Assembly: GCA_964644445.1 (NCBI GenBank)
Contig: CAZXVF010000003.1
Location: 1 to 57,692, forward strand
Origin: an uncultured Ruminococcus sp.
Lineage (GTDB): Bacteria; Bacillota; Clostridia; Oscillospirales; CAG-272
Length of the DNA: 57,692 nucleotides
Direction of reading: 5' to 3'
Shown: positions 9,642-20,804 of the stretch, one piece after another
Layout: each line of letters starts with the position of its first letter
Position numbering within the stretch: the first letter of the stretch is position 1
Translations under genes and position numbers: made by a program
The notes under the pieces: model-generated
Databases searched by the model: none
What the model was told of the DNA's origin: nothing
Seen by the model: only the letters and a program-made list of their open reading frames with translations

Positions 9642-12600
9642 ATGAAAATATCGAGGCTCATACGGTGCGACAGAGAATTCGCACAATACACGGCGGCACT
9701 GCGCGAGGCTTTCTGGTCGCAAAAAAAGCTTCCCATCGCTGTAAACGGACTTTCCGGCGGAGCGCGCGACGCCTTTCTCACGGAATCCGTAAAGGAAGCA
9801 CTCACGCTGATGCGAACGGAGAACGCACGCCACGCAGACGAGCACAAGCCTTCAAAGCAAAACGGAGATTCCGCCCCCGATAAAGAAAATCAAAGCAAAA
9901 ATTCCGCCCCCGTGCTTGTGATACTGCCGAGCGAATCGGAGTGCGAAAGCGTGACCGAGCTGCTCTCTGGCGAGGGTATCCGAGCCGCCGCATACAAGGG
10001 GCGCGACCTGGTTTTCTACAATATAAAATCCTCTCATGACGTAGATCGCGAGAGGCTATCCGTGCTTTGCGAGCTTCTCTCGGGCAACCTCGAGGCCGTC
10101 CTTACCACTCCGCAGGCGCTTCTCTCCCCTACCGTACCGAGCTCTCTCTTATCCTCGCTTTGCGTCAGCGCGAGAGTCGGCGACGATCTTGCTCCCTCGG
10201 AGCTTGCAAACAGGCTCGTGCGCCTCGGATTTCTTCGCACCGATGCAGTCGACGGCAAGGGGCAATTCTCTATGAGAGGCGACATTCTCGACTTCTGGTG
10301 CGGTGAGAGTCAAAATCCGTGCCGTATCGAATTTTTCGGCGACGAGATAGACCGCATAAGCGAATTTGATCCCATAACCCAGCGTACCGTCTGCACGCCA
10401 AACGAGGCAAGACTCCTTCCCGTCAAGGAGGTTCTGATAGATGCCGAGGCAAGAAAAAGAATAACCGACGCACTCTCCTCACTCGTAGAAAACGCACGCG
10501 ACGCGACGACGAAGGAGCGGCTTGAAAGAGAACTCGGAGTTTGCATAACGGGCGGTTCGATTGACTTTGCCGACAGATTCTTAGGGCTTATATATCCCGA
10601 GCGGCAAACTCTTCTCGACTATCTCCACTCGCCCCACGTAACCTTCATCATCGGAACGAACGACTGCGCCGAGGCACTTGAAAAACGCAAAAAATATCTG
10701 GCCTCCGAGACGGCGGAAATAGTAAACGGCGGACTGACTCTTGAAAAATATCTTTTCTGCATGCTCGATGAAAAATACGCAAAAAGCAACGATAATGACA
10801 ACTTACGTGTACATTTAAACCTGTTTTCGGGCGGAGTCAGCGGAGAGCTTTCCGCACTGTTCGGATTCAGGACACGCAGAACCGTAGCTTACGGTGACAA
10901 TCCGACGATGCTCCGCGAGGACCTGCAGGGTTATATACGCGGGTATTATCGCGTCCTCATCGGCTGCGAGAGCGAAGCGGGAGCGGAGTCGCTTAAAGGC
11001 TCACTTATTGCGGACGGCATTGCCGCAGCTCTCCTGACCGACGAAGCCTTTGACCTCTCAAAAGCAGACGGGCATACCGTTTATCTGACCGTATCGGAGC
11101 ACGACGGCTTTGATCTCGTAAGCCCGAAGGTCGCCTTTATCTCTATGAAGCGCGACAAGGGACGCGCGGTTATGAAAAGGAGAAAGCAGCAAAGGTTGGT
11201 TCGCCGCCTCGGCGGCTCGGGTGAAAGGCTTATGTCCTACGCCGATCTTACCGTAGGTGACTACGTCGTTCACGCAAACTACGGCATCGGTCGCTTTCTC
11301 GGCATTGAGACGGTTACCGCTCTCGGAGTAACGCGCGATTATATCACGATTCAGTACGCCGGCACGGACAGACTTTTCGTTCCCTGTGACAGGCTCGAGA
11401 TGATCGGAAAGTACGTCGGCGAGCGCGACCGTGACGGCGAAGTCAAGCTCTCGAAAATGGGTGGGAGCGAATGGACGCGCACGAAATCAAAGGCGAAGGC
11501 AGCGGCACGCGACGTCGCGAAAAAGCTTATCGATCTTTATGCCAGAAGGCAACGCTCGGAGGGCTTCGCTTACGCCGAGGACAGCGATCTCGAGCTTTCG
11601 TTTGCCGACGCGTTTGAATTTGAGGAGACCGACTCTCAGCTGAAGGCTCTCGAGGAGATCAAGGCGGATATGATGAAGCCCTGCCCGATGAACAGACTGC
11701 TCTGCGGCGACGTAGGCTTCGGAAAAACGGAGGTTGCGCTCCGCGCCGCGTTCAAGGCTATTATGAGCGGAAAGCAGGTTGCGATCCTCGTGCCTACCAC
11801 CATTCTCGCGCTTCAGCATTATCAGACCGCCGTTTCGCGCTTCCGCGGATATCCCGTCACGGTCGAAATGCTTACCCGCTTCAAAAAGCCGAAGGAGCAG
11901 GCGGAGATACTCCGCCGCGTAGGAAGAGGCGAGATAGATATAATCATCGGAACGCACAAGCTCTTCTCTAAAAATCTGAGCTTTCGTGATCTCGGACTTC
12001 TGATAGTCGACGAGGAGCAGCGATTCGGCGTCGGACAAAAGGAGCGGCTGAAGGAGAATTTCGTCGGAGTGGACGTGCTGACGCTGACTGCGACTCCGAT
12101 ACCGAGAACTCTGAACATGGCAATGAACGGCATTTCCGACATCTCGATACTCGACGAGGCACCCGAGCAGCGCCGTCCCGTGCAGACCTACGTGCTGGAG
12201 CACGACGAGGCAATTATAAACGATGCGATCCGCCGTGAGCTTGCGAGAGGCGGTCAGGTTCTCTACCTATATAATAAAATAGAGACGATAGAATTCGTCG
12301 CCGACAGCATACAGTCCGAGCTTCCCGATGCGAGAGTTGCCTTTGCGCACGGACAGATGGAGAAGGAGGAGCTTGAGGACGTCTGGCAAATGCTGGTGCG
12401 CGGCGAGCTGGATATTCTTGTCTGCACTACGATAATAGAGACCGGTGTGGACCTGCCGAACGCAAACACGCTGATAATCGAGGACGCAGATCGCTTCGGG
12501 CTTGCACAGCTTCATCAAATACGCGGCAGAGTCGGCAGGAGCGAGAGGCAGGCTTACGCATACTTCACCTACCGTCCCGGAAGGTCGCTGACCGAGGTTG

Positions 12601-13256
12601 CCGAAAAAAGGCTGGAGGCTATCAAGGAATTTGCCGAGTTCGGCGCAGGCTTTAAGATTGCACTTCGTGACCTTGAGATACGCGGAGCGGGCAATCTTCT
12701 CGGTGCGGAGCAGCACGGATATATAGACGCCGTAGGCTACGATCTCTACTGTAAAATACTGAAGGAAGCGGTGCTTGAGGAGCGCGGAGAGAGCGCGAAG
12801 CCAAAGGAGGAAACGACCGTAGATATGAAGCTCAGCGCCCACATCCCGAAGGAATATATCCCCGCCGAGGCGGACAGAATGGAGATGTACAAGAAGATCT
12901 CGCTTATCCGTACCTCGGAGGACAAGGCAGACGTCGAGGATGAGCTTTGCGACAGATTCGGAGATATTCCGCGCGTGACCGAGAGACTTCTTTGCGTGGC
13001 GGCGGCGAGAGCAATTGCAACGGAGCTTGGGATAAAGAAAATATCCGTTACCGAAAGCCTTATAACTCTCGCTCTCTCATCGCCCGAGCTTGCACTCTGG
13101 TCGGAGGTTTTCCCGCACTTTGAGGGTATGCGATTTTCCCGTTTGGACGGCGGCGGTGCTATAGTATATCGCTTTGCAAAGAAGGATGCCGCAAGCGTTC
13201 TTTACGAAATTCTTCACACGGCAGCTCTGGCAAAAAAGCAGCAAAACAATGCCTGA
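9642..13256 (+). CDS. mfd: Transcription-repair coupling factor
   Basis: UvrB-like N-terminus; GDYVVHANYGIG; CGDVGFGKTEVA; DEEQRFG; TATPIPRT; QIRGRVGRS; DLEIRGAGNLLG; follows pth as usual. Confidence 0.97.
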   Translation: MKISRLIRCDREFAQYTAALREAFWSQKKLPIAVNGLSGGARDAFLTESVKEALTLMRTENARHADEHKPSKQNGDSAPDKENQSKNSAPVLVILPSESECESVTELLSGEGIRAAAYKGRDLVFYNIKSSHDVDRERLSVLCELLSGNLEAVLTTPQALLSPTVPSSLLSSLCVSARVGDDLAPSELANRLVRLGFLRTDAVDGKGQFSMRGDILDFWCGESQNPCRIEFFGDEIDRISEFDPITQRTVCTPNEARLLPVKEVLIDAEARKRITDALSSLVENARDATTKERLERELGVCITGGSIDFADRFLGLIYPERQTLLDYLHSPHVTFIIGTNDCAEALEKRKKYLASETAEIVNGGLTLEKYLFCMLDEKYAKSNDNDNLRVHLNLFSGGVSGELSALFGFRTRRTVAYGDNPTMLREDLQGYIRGYYRVLIGCESEAGAESLKGSLIADGIAAALLTDEAFDLSKADGHTVYLTVSEHDGFDLVSPKVAFISMKRDKGRAVMKRRKQQRLVRRLGGSGERLMSYADLTVGDYVVHANYGIGRFLGIETVTALGVTRDYITIQYAGTDRLFVPCDRLEMIGKYVGERDRDGEVKLSKMGGSEWTRTKSKAKAAARDVAKKLIDLYARRQRSEGFAYAEDSDLELSFADAFEFEETDSQLKALEEIKADMMKPCPMNRLLCGDVGFGKTEVALRAAFKAIMSGKQVAILVPTTILALQHYQTAVSRFRGYPVTVEMLTRFKKPKEQAEILRRVGRGEIDIIIGTHKLFSKNLSFRDLGLLIVDEEQRFGVGQKERLKENFVGVDVLTLTATPIPRTLNMAMNGISDISILDEAPEQRRPVQTYVLEHDEAIINDAIRRELARGGQVLYLYNKIETIEFVADSIQSELPDARVAFAHGQMEKEELEDVWQMLVRGELDILVCTTIIETGVDLPNANTLIIEDADRFGLAQLHQIRGRVGRSERQAYAYFTYRPGRSLTEVAEKRLEAIKEFAEFGAGFKIALRDLEIRGAGNLLGAEQHGYIDAVGYDLYCKILKEAVLEERGESAKPKEETTVDMKLSAHIPKEYIPAEADRMEMYKKISLIRTSEDKADVEDELCDRFGDIPRVTERLLCVAAARAIATELGIKKISVTESLITLALSSPELALWSEVFPHFEGMRFSRLDGGGAIVYRFAKKDAASVLYEILHTAALAKKQQNNA

Positions 13257-13275
13257 CGGTAAAAACTAAAAAAAG

Positions 13276-13304
13276 AAACCGACACCCTAACAAGTGTCGG
13301 TTTT
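13276..13304. terminator. Bidirectional intrinsic terminator
   Basis: AAACCGACAC/GTGTCGGTTT stem flanked by A and T runs between convergent genes. Confidence 0.8.
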
Positions 13305-13451
13305 AAAAATATCAAAATACGAAGTCTTTTCGCTTGAAACGATATTAAGGTGCGGTTTTGTACATTTTTGTAAATAATTATTTGCTTATCTTGGCATTTT
13401 CTCCGCTGTTTGCGTTCCCGGCAAAAATCAATTTACAAAAAACGCTTCTCT

Positions 13452-13808
13452 TTAATAAAGCACCTTTCCCGTTGCGACGACGTTCACACCGAGTCCGAGA
13501 ACGTTCTCTATAAGCACCGTGCCGACGTCGATATCGCCCTCAGGGCGAACGGAATTTATCTCATTCATAACGTCAAAAACGCGCTCCTTAGGTACCGTAT
13601 CGGACGTTTTGCAGGCAACTATTCCGCCCCCTGCGCATTTTACGGTAGACGTCACGGTTCTCCTCGGATGAGTGCATTCCGCCTCGGCATAGACGACGCC
13701 CCTTTTACAGCCGTTTCCGCTGACCGAAAGCACCTCTCCGCTCTCACCCAGCTCGACCTTCAGCGTACAGCCGCGCGGACACACGATACAGGTAAGTATT
13801 CTTTCCAT
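13452..13808 (-). CDS. DUF1667-type CxxC metal-binding protein
   Basis: TCIVCPRGC, GNGCKRG, PRRTVTSTV; SD GGAGG. Confidence 0.88.
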   Translation of the reverse strand: MERILTCIVCPRGCTLKVELGESGEVLSVSGNGCKRGVVYAEAECTHPRRTVTSTVKCAGGGIVACKTSDTVPKERVFDVMNEINSVRPEGDIDVGTVLIENVLGLGVNVVATGKVLY

Positions 13809-14039
13809 TTTATCCCTCCAAAGCCCCTAGGGGGGCATTAAATCTTTTTTGCAGGCATTTCTGCCGTTTTTTCGTTTGTCTTCGGAATTGCTTTAACGAT
13901 CCTTTTTTTCAAAAGGCGAATTTGCTTTTCAGCTTGCCGTAAGACCGAAAACCGACGGACGGCAAAAGCCTCCCGAAATATGAAAAGGTTTTCAACGTCT
14001 TATCATCAAGAAAGCCGCCCCTTCAAAAAACCGCCCTGC

Positions 14040-15362
14040 TCATTCCACTCCGAAGGTCAGCACTCCTCCGTCGGACTCGCGAATCATCTGCTCCGTGAGC
14101 TTCAGCGTTTCCATCTCTCCGGGGGCGAGCTTTTGCTTTTTTCGCTCTATAAGCACCCTGCCCTCCGAATCGCGAACCACCAGCTTTACGTCACGGAAAA
14201 CGTCACTCACTCTGAAATAGACCGTCGTGTCGCGCGCTTCGCTTATGCGCTGGGGAACCGTATATCTTACTCTGCCGTCCGCCTTGAGCGCAACGCTAAC
14301 GTCACTCGCCTTTTTACCCTTAATATATTCTGCGGCGGCTCTGCCGGCAATGACCGATTCCTCCGAAACGTAGTCAACGAGATCATGCACGTGAAGCACG
14401 TTGCCGCAGGCAAAAACTCCCGCCATCTCGGTCTCTCTGTCACCGTCAACGACGGCACCGCCCGTCACTCTGTCAAGTGTGATATTTGCGCCCTTCGTCA
14501 ATTCGTTCTCCGGAATCAGTCCGCAGGATAACAGCAAGGTATCGCACGGAATGTAAATAGAAGTTTCCATTTTAGGTCTTTTTTGCTCGTCAACCTCTGC
14601 AACGGTCACACCCTCGACTCTCTCTTTTCCGTGAATTTCGACAACCGTATGAGAGAGATAAAGAGGAATGTTAAAGTCGTTTAAGCACTGCTCGATATTT
14701 CTCGCAAGTCCGCCCGAATAGGGCATGAGCTCGCACACCGCCTTTACCTCCGCGCCCTCGAGAGTCATTCTGCGCGCCATGATGAGTCCGATGTCTCCCG
14801 AGCCTAAGATCACAACGCTCCGACCGGGCATATAGCCCTTCATATTAACGAATCTCTGTGCCATTCCGGCAGTATAAATTCCGGCAGGGCGAGTACCCGC
14901 AATTCCGAGCGCACCCTTCGGTCTCTCGCGACAGCCCATTGCCAAGATCACAGCCTTTGCGGATACGAAAAATACACCGTGCTCTGCGTTCATAGCGGTG
15001 ACTATCTTGCGCCTGCCCGGGCTTGCCGTACCGTCCGCACCGGTGCCAATGGATTCATTTTTCGCAAACGTCTCGTCGCTCTCCGAGATATCAATAACCG
15101 TGGTTTCGGTCATGAACGGGATTTCCAGCTCGCGCACCTGACGCTCGTATCTGTACGCGTATTCGGGGCCCGTAAGCTCCTCACCAAAGCGGTGAAGTCC
15201 GAAGCCGTTATGAATGCACTGACGAAGGATCCCGCCCAGTGCCTCGTCCCTCTCGAGAATAAGAATATCGCGTATACCCGACTCGTGCGCCGCGACTGCC
15301 GCCGCCATACCCGCAGGACCGCCGCCGACTATTACGAGATCAACGCTTAGCTTTTCGGTCAT
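14040..15362 (-). CDS. NAD(P)/FAD-dependent pyridine nucleotide-disulfide oxidoreductase
   Basis: GGGPAG, GGILRQCIHNGFG, ILGSGDIGLIMARR, GNVLHVHDLVD, PGEM. Confidence 0.9.
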   Translation of the reverse strand: MTEKLSVDLVIVGGGPAGMAAAVAAHESGIRDILILERDEALGGILRQCIHNGFGLHRFGEELTGPEYAYRYERQVRELEIPFMTETTVIDISESDETFAKNESIGTGADGTASPGRRKIVTAMNAEHGVFFVSAKAVILAMGCRERPKGALGIAGTRPAGIYTAGMAQRFVNMKGYMPGRSVVILGSGDIGLIMARRMTLEGAEVKAVCELMPYSGGLARNIEQCLNDFNIPLYLSHTVVEIHGKERVEGVTVAEVDEQKRPKMETSIYIPCDTLLLSCGLIPENELTKGANITLDRVTGGAVVDGDRETEMAGVFACGNVLHVHDLVDYVSEESVIAGRAAAEYIKGKKASDVSVALKADGRVRYTVPQRISEARDTTVYFRVSDVFRDVKLVVRDSEGRVLIERKKQKLAPGEMETLKLTEQMIRESDGGVLTFGVE

Positions 15363-15363
15363 A

Positions 15364-16797
15364 TCACACGCCCTCCTTTGTTTTTCCGACGTTCATATAA
15401 GAACCACCGCCGAATTTGGTTACCGACTCGTAAGGAACGGAAAGCTCCCTTGCAAGCAGCTCGACCACGTACGGAGTACAGAAGCCGCCCTGACATCTGC
15501 CCATAGTCGCTCTCGTTCTTCTCTTTATTCCGTCCACGTCGGTGGGACGGGGGTTCGTTCTTATCGCTTCAAGTATCTCGCCCTCGCTGACTCGCTCACA
15601 GCGGCAAATTATATGCGCAAAGGCGGGGTTCTTTTTTATTATCTCGTTTTTCTCGTCCGCGGAAAGCTCCTTGAAGTAGTGCATCGGGCGGCGCGTCGGA
15701 ACGAAGTCGTCTCTCTCCCGAAGCTCAATACCCATATCTCTTATCATTCCGACGACGTACTCCGCAATTGCAGGCGAGGAGGTAAGTCCCGGGCTTTCTA
15801 TAGCGGCAACGTTGATAAAGCCGTCGGTCGTACAGTTAATGATAAAGTCGCCCGTCGAGCCGACGCTTCGAAGTCCCGTGAAGGAGGTTATGGTCTTTCC
15901 GAAATTGATGCCGCGCACCTGCTCGGACGCCTGACGCTTAACGAGTGCGATTCCCTCTGCGGTCGTGGACGTATCCGTTTTATCGTCTATATCCTCAGCT
16001 GTCGGACCTACGAGAATATTGCCGTCCACCGTCGGAGTTACCAAAATTCCCTTACCCATTTTCGAGGGGCATCTGAATACCGTATGCGAAACGAGATCGC
16101 CGCACTCACGGTCAAGGAGAACGTACTCGCCGCGTCTGGCATGAACGTCAAAGGAGGTGTCACCGACCATTCTCGCGACCTCGTCGGAGTAAACGCCGGC
16201 ACAGTTTATAACGCACCCTGCGTCAACGTACCTCTCGCCCGAGCGGACTCTGTATCCGCCGTCCGTCTTTTCTATCCTGTCCACCTTGAAGGAGGTGATA
16301 AGCTCCGCGCCGTTATCCATTGCGTTTCCGACCGCCGCCATGCAAAGCTCGTAGGGACAAACTATCGCACCGCTCGGAGCGTGGAGAGCGACCGTAACGC
16401 CGTCACCTATATTTTCTTCAAGCTTTAATATCTCGTCGCGCTCAAGTATCCGAAGTCCCTTAACGCCGTTTCTGTTACCGCGCTCAAGCAGCCCAGCGAG
16501 AGTTTTTCCGTCCTCCTCGTCAAAGCCGACGACAAGAGAGCCGTTTCTTCTGTATTTAACGCCAAGCTCCCGACAAACGTCCTCCATCATCTCGGAGCCG
16601 CGAACGTTAAGCCTCGCTTTAAGCGTCCCCTCCTTTGCGTCGTAGCCTGCGTGAACTATTGCGCTGTTTGCCTTCGTCGCGCCCATTGCAACGTCGCTCT
16701 CTGCCTCGAGAATCGTAACGCTCCTCGTGTATCTCGTAAGCTCTCTTGCCACGAGACCGCCGACGACGCCTGCGCCGATTACAACAAAATCCGTCAT
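15364..16797 (-). CDS. FAD-dependent dehydrogenase (GlpA/LhgO-like) with C-terminal BFD-like [2Fe-2S] domain
   Basis: VIGAGVVG, ANSAIVHAG, SPGLTSSPAIA, ICRCE..GRCQGGFC; start moved to MTDFVV after SD GGAGG. Confidence 0.9.
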   Translation of the reverse strand: MTDFVVIGAGVVGGLVARELTRYTRSVTILEAESDVAMGATKANSAIVHAGYDAKEGTLKARLNVRGSEMMEDVCRELGVKYRRNGSLVVGFDEEDGKTLAGLLERGNRNGVKGLRILERDEILKLEENIGDGVTVALHAPSGAIVCPYELCMAAVGNAMDNGAELITSFKVDRIEKTDGGYRVRSGERYVDAGCVINCAGVYSDEVARMVGDTSFDVHARRGEYVLLDRECGDLVSHTVFRCPSKMGKGILVTPTVDGNILVGPTAEDIDDKTDTSTTAEGIALVKRQASEQVRGINFGKTITSFTGLRSVGSTGDFIINCTTDGFINVAAIESPGLTSSPAIAEYVVGMIRDMGIELRERDDFVPTRRPMHYFKELSADEKNEIIKKNPAFAHIICRCERVSEGEILEAIRTNPRPTDVDGIKRRTRATMGRCQGGFCTPYVVELLARELSVPYESVTKFGGGSYMNVGKTKEGV

Positions 16798-17072
16798 ATT
16801 GCCTCCCGTTTTCGTGCCCTGCACGGTTTTTATATTTTCGTTTCGTTTTTTATTCTTTCGCTCTTCGCCGAGTTTTTTCGCTTTGGCGAAATGCAAATTT
16901 ACCCGTATCTATATTTTATCAGCAACCGCAGCAAAAATCAATAGCTTTTTAATATTTTATAAAAGTCGTACACGGACGTAAGCCCTATCCAGCACGAAGG
17001 AGACGACGATGGATTATTCAAGCATCAAAAAACACGCCGTTCGCCTTTATCCGATTACTTTTTAAAAAAGCA

Positions 17073-17101
17073 TTGACAACGAAGACGGGGGGTGATAAAA
17101 T
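17073..17101 (+). promoter_or_regulatory. Sigma-A promoter
   Basis: TTGACA-N17-TAAAAT with TG extension. Confidence 0.75.
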
Positions 17102-17238
17102 AGACCTATACTGATTTTTGCCGAAGGAAAGACCGATAGGAGTGAGGTTGAAAAGCGTTTTTTTGCGTAAGTCTCGGCAAGGCACAAACGGCAAAATGCG
17201 CCGAAAAGCATTAAAAATGACAAGAAAGGTTTACAAAA

Positions 17239-20121
17239 ATGAAGATTAACGATACGATTCACGGCTTTAAGGTTTTAAGGCACGTTGAAATTCCCGAGGT
17301 CAGCGGCACGCTTTACGAGATGAAGCACACAGCAAGCGGAGCAACTCTCGCATACCTCGACCGTGAGGACGAGAACAAGACCTTCGCAATAGGATTTAAA
17401 ACTATTCCCTCGGACGACACGGGAGTTTTCCATATCATCGAGCACTCGGTGCTCTGCGGCTCGGACAAGTATCCCGTAAAGGAGCCGTTCGTTGAACTGC
17501 TGAAAGGCTCGCAAAACACCTTCCTCAACGCAATGACCTACGAGGACAGAACGGTATATCCCGTTTCCTCGAGAAACCCGAAGGACTTCTTAAACCTCGT
17601 CAGCGTCTATATGGACGCAGTGCTCCACCCGAGAGCAGCCAAGAATCCTCAGATATTCCGTCAGGAGGGCTGGCACTACGAATTTGATCCCGAAGGCAGA
17701 CTCATCTACAACGGCGTAGTATTTAATGAAATGAAGGGAGCGTACTCCTCGGCAGACGAGATCAGCGTTGAGGTAGCGAAATCCATGCTCTTCCCCGACA
17801 CGCTCTACCGCCACGATTCGGGTGGCGCACCTACTGCTATTCCCGACCTCACCTTCGAGCATTTTGCCGCGTCGCACGCAAGGTTCTACCACCCCTCGAA
17901 CTCCTATATTTTCCTTGACGGAACGGTAGACCTCGACGCAACGCTCGGACTCATCGACTCCTTCCTCGCAGAATACACGCCCATCGCTCCCGCCGATCCC
18001 ATCCTACCTCAAAGGGCAGTCGACGGTGGAGAGACCGCGATACGTTACGAAATCGCCGAAAGCGAGGATCCGGTCGGAAAATGCCGTCTTTCTCTCAACT
18101 ACGTCTACGGTCTGACGAGTGACAGTGCGCTCATGCTCGCAACGGGTATCATCAACGACGCACTTCTCGGCTCGAACAACGCTCCGCTGAAAAAAGCAGT
18201 GCTTGAAAGCGGACTCGCCGAGGACCTTATAGTGTTCATCAACCGCACGGTACAGCAATCGATCCAGATCGAGGCAAGAGGCGTCAAGGAAGAGGATATC
18301 GGCGCGCTTGAGGAGCTTATCAAGAGCAAGATAAGAGAGATCGCCGAAGGCGGTATCGACAAGGAAACGCTCCGTGCAACGCTGAACGCTACCGAATTCA
18401 AGCTTCGCGAAAAGGATTACGGCTCATTCCCGAAGGGCGTCGCATTTGCTCTCTCGGTATTCGGCGCAACCAACTACGGACTCTCTCCCGAATCCGCTCT
18501 TTCCTATGAAGAGGATATCAAAACGCTCAGAGCCGCCGTCGAAACCGATTACTTTGAAAAGCTCCTTCTCGCCATGACGGTTGACAACCCGCACAGATCA
18601 AAGCACGTAATGCTCCCCGATAAGGAATACGGAAAGCGGATAGCCGGCGAGGAGCGCGCAAGACTCGACAAGGTACAGTCGTCTCTCACCGACGAGCAGA
18701 TCGAGGAGATCAAAAAGGAGACCGAGGCACTCAAGGCGTGGCAGGCGTCAACCGATACACCCGAGGCACTTGCCACTCTCCCGAGGCTTGAAATAGAGGA
18801 TATCTACGTCAGCAGCGCCGTCACTCCCACAGTCGTCACTCACGAGCCATGCGAGGTGATAAGCCACCCGATCGACACGGCGGGAATCGGATACTATACG
18901 CTCCACTTCGACGCGTCGGATCTATCCCTCGACGAGCTGTTCACGCTCAACGCAACGACCATGCTCTTTACCAACGTCGCAACCGAAAGGCACAGTCCCG
19001 TTGAAGTACAGAATCTCATAAAATCCAATCTCGGCGGACTCGCCTTCTCTACGTCGGTAATAGGTCCGAAGGACTGCCCGACACCCTATCTTACGGTAAG
19101 AGCAAGCGCTCTCGACTCAAAGCGCGAGGATATGAAGGATATCATAAGCGAGGTACTTCTTACCTCCGAGCTTGGCGACAAAAACGCTCTTAAAAATCTT
19201 CTTTTGCAATGGAAGATGATTCTCTCGGACACCTTCACGCAGGCAGGACATTCGTTAGCTATCGGACGTGCCATGGCTTCCTATAAGATAAGCGGAACTA
19301 TTTCGGAATATTTCGAGGGGCTTGAGGCTTACAGGCTTCTTTGCGCGCTGATTGACAACTTTGATAGTCAAATCGATGCATTTATCGAGAATATCAAACG
19401 CATCTTCAAAACGGTCGTCGTCAAGGAAAGAGTAAAAATTGCCGTTACGGGTGAGCTTGACCATGACTTTATTGCAAGGCTCGTTGCTACCCTTCCTCAC
19501 GGCTCTGTGCCTGCGAAGAGAGCAGAGATCAAGCCTCTCGGCTTCAAGAGTGAGGGAATCATAATCCCTACAAGAGTTTCCTACGCGGTGCTTGCGGCAG
19601 ACGGCGGTGACCTTGCGGCACAGAATTACGGTGCGATATGCGTCAGCCGTTCCGTGCTCTCCTACGAATATCTCTGGAACCAGATACGCGTTCTCGGAGG
19701 CGCTTACGGCGCAGGCTTCCTCGTAAGCAAGGACGGCACGGTCGGCTGCTATTCCTACCGCGATCCGTCTCCCGTAAATTCAATTGATAAATACAAGGAA
19801 TGCGGCTCGTTCCTCAAAGCCTTTGCTGTCGCGCCGGAATCGGATCTTACGAAGTTCATTATCGGTGCCGTCGGCGATTACGACCTTATGAGAACCCCCA
19901 GACTCGCAGGCGAGCTAGCCACCTCGAATTATCTCACCGGATGGAGCGACGAGCAGGATAAAAAGGTGCTCTCCGATATGAAGTCGGCAGATAAGGACGC
20001 TATACTCCGCGCAGGTGAGCTTGTCGACCGTCTCGTTTCGGACGCGGTTATCTGCGTCGTCGGCTCTCGCGAGCAGATCGAGGGTAACAAGGATAAGTTT
20101 GATAATATTATTGAGCTTTGA
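17239..20121 (+). CDS. Insulinase family M16C peptidase (presequence protease-like)
   Basis: HIIEHSVLCGS inverted zincin; FLNAMTY; GVVFNEMKG; IRVLGGAYG; SYRDP. Confidence 0.93.
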   Translation: MKINDTIHGFKVLRHVEIPEVSGTLYEMKHTASGATLAYLDREDENKTFAIGFKTIPSDDTGVFHIIEHSVLCGSDKYPVKEPFVELLKGSQNTFLNAMTYEDRTVYPVSSRNPKDFLNLVSVYMDAVLHPRAAKNPQIFRQEGWHYEFDPEGRLIYNGVVFNEMKGAYSSADEISVEVAKSMLFPDTLYRHDSGGAPTAIPDLTFEHFAASHARFYHPSNSYIFLDGTVDLDATLGLIDSFLAEYTPIAPADPILPQRAVDGGETAIRYEIAESEDPVGKCRLSLNYVYGLTSDSALMLATGIINDALLGSNNAPLKKAVLESGLAEDLIVFINRTVQQSIQIEARGVKEEDIGALEELIKSKIREIAEGGIDKETLRATLNATEFKLREKDYGSFPKGVAFALSVFGATNYGLSPESALSYEEDIKTLRAAVETDYFEKLLLAMTVDNPHRSKHVMLPDKEYGKRIAGEERARLDKVQSSLTDEQIEEIKKETEALKAWQASTDTPEALATLPRLEIEDIYVSSAVTPTVVTHEPCEVISHPIDTAGIGYYTLHFDASDLSLDELFTLNATTMLFTNVATERHSPVEVQNLIKSNLGGLAFSTSVIGPKDCPTPYLTVRASALDSKREDMKDIISEVLLTSELGDKNALKNLLLQWKMILSDTFTQAGHSLAIGRAMASYKISGTISEYFEGLEAYRLLCALIDNFDSQIDAFIENIKRIFKTVVVKERVKIAVTGELDHDFIARLVATLPHGSVPAKRAEIKPLGFKSEGIIIPTRVSYAVLAADGGDLAAQNYGAICVSRSVLSYEYLWNQIRVLGGAYGAGFLVSKDGTVGCYSYRDPSPVNSIDKYKECGSFLKAFAVAPESDLTKFIIGAVGDYDLMRTPRLAGELATSNYLTGWSDEQDKKVLSDMKSADKDAILRAGELVDRLVSDAVICVVGSREQIEGNKDKFDNIIEL

Positions 20122-20775
20122 TCCTGCAAAACCAAAAAAACGCCAAAGCTCCCTTGGCATCACCGTAAGAATCCGTTTTTTGAAAATCAGCGGTTTTACG
20201 GTCTAAAACACACGCAAACGTAAACAATACGTTGCTTTTTGCGGCTCTTTTTTTTCACAAGAGCCGCTTTTCTTTTTAAAAGCAAAAATCGAAAAATCAA
20301 GAAACGAAAGTAAAAAGCAAAAGAAAAAACAATAAAGCAAAAGTGAAATACAAAAGAAAAAGCAAAAAATCAAAACGGTGATAAAGTCACAGAAAAGCAA
20401 GTATAATTACGTTATAATTACGGTGTAAAGCTAAATCGAAAATTTGAGCGTAAACCTAAATGACGGTCGCCAAGGTGCAAACCGAAAATGCCGAAAAACA
20501 TTAAAGCCTTTTCATTTTTCAAAGCATCACCTCTGCAAAAAGCTCTGCGCAAGCCTACGATCGGGCAGAAAGCGTAGTGCAGGTCTGACTCACGAAGGAG
20601 AAACTTTATTTGCCCGGTCTTTTAGGAATTTATCCTCTCGGCAGTCTCCCGTACCGCCGGCAAAGATCGTTAAAAAATTAATGTTTTTGTCTAGTTTTCA
20701 CAAGAATTTGCGAAATTTCTTTGTTTTTTTCTCATGCGCGCGTAGATTTTATTAGTTATTAATCAATTTATTCTA

Positions 20776-20804
20776 TTGACTTGCACGATTTTTTTTAGTA
20801 TAAT
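20776..20804 (+). promoter_or_regulatory. pflB sigma-A promoter
   Basis: TTGACT-N17-TATAAT. Confidence 0.75.

Noticed and set aside
20665-20704. Rex operator upstream of pflB
   Set aside because: Candidates have wrong spacing (17 bp) or about four mismatches.
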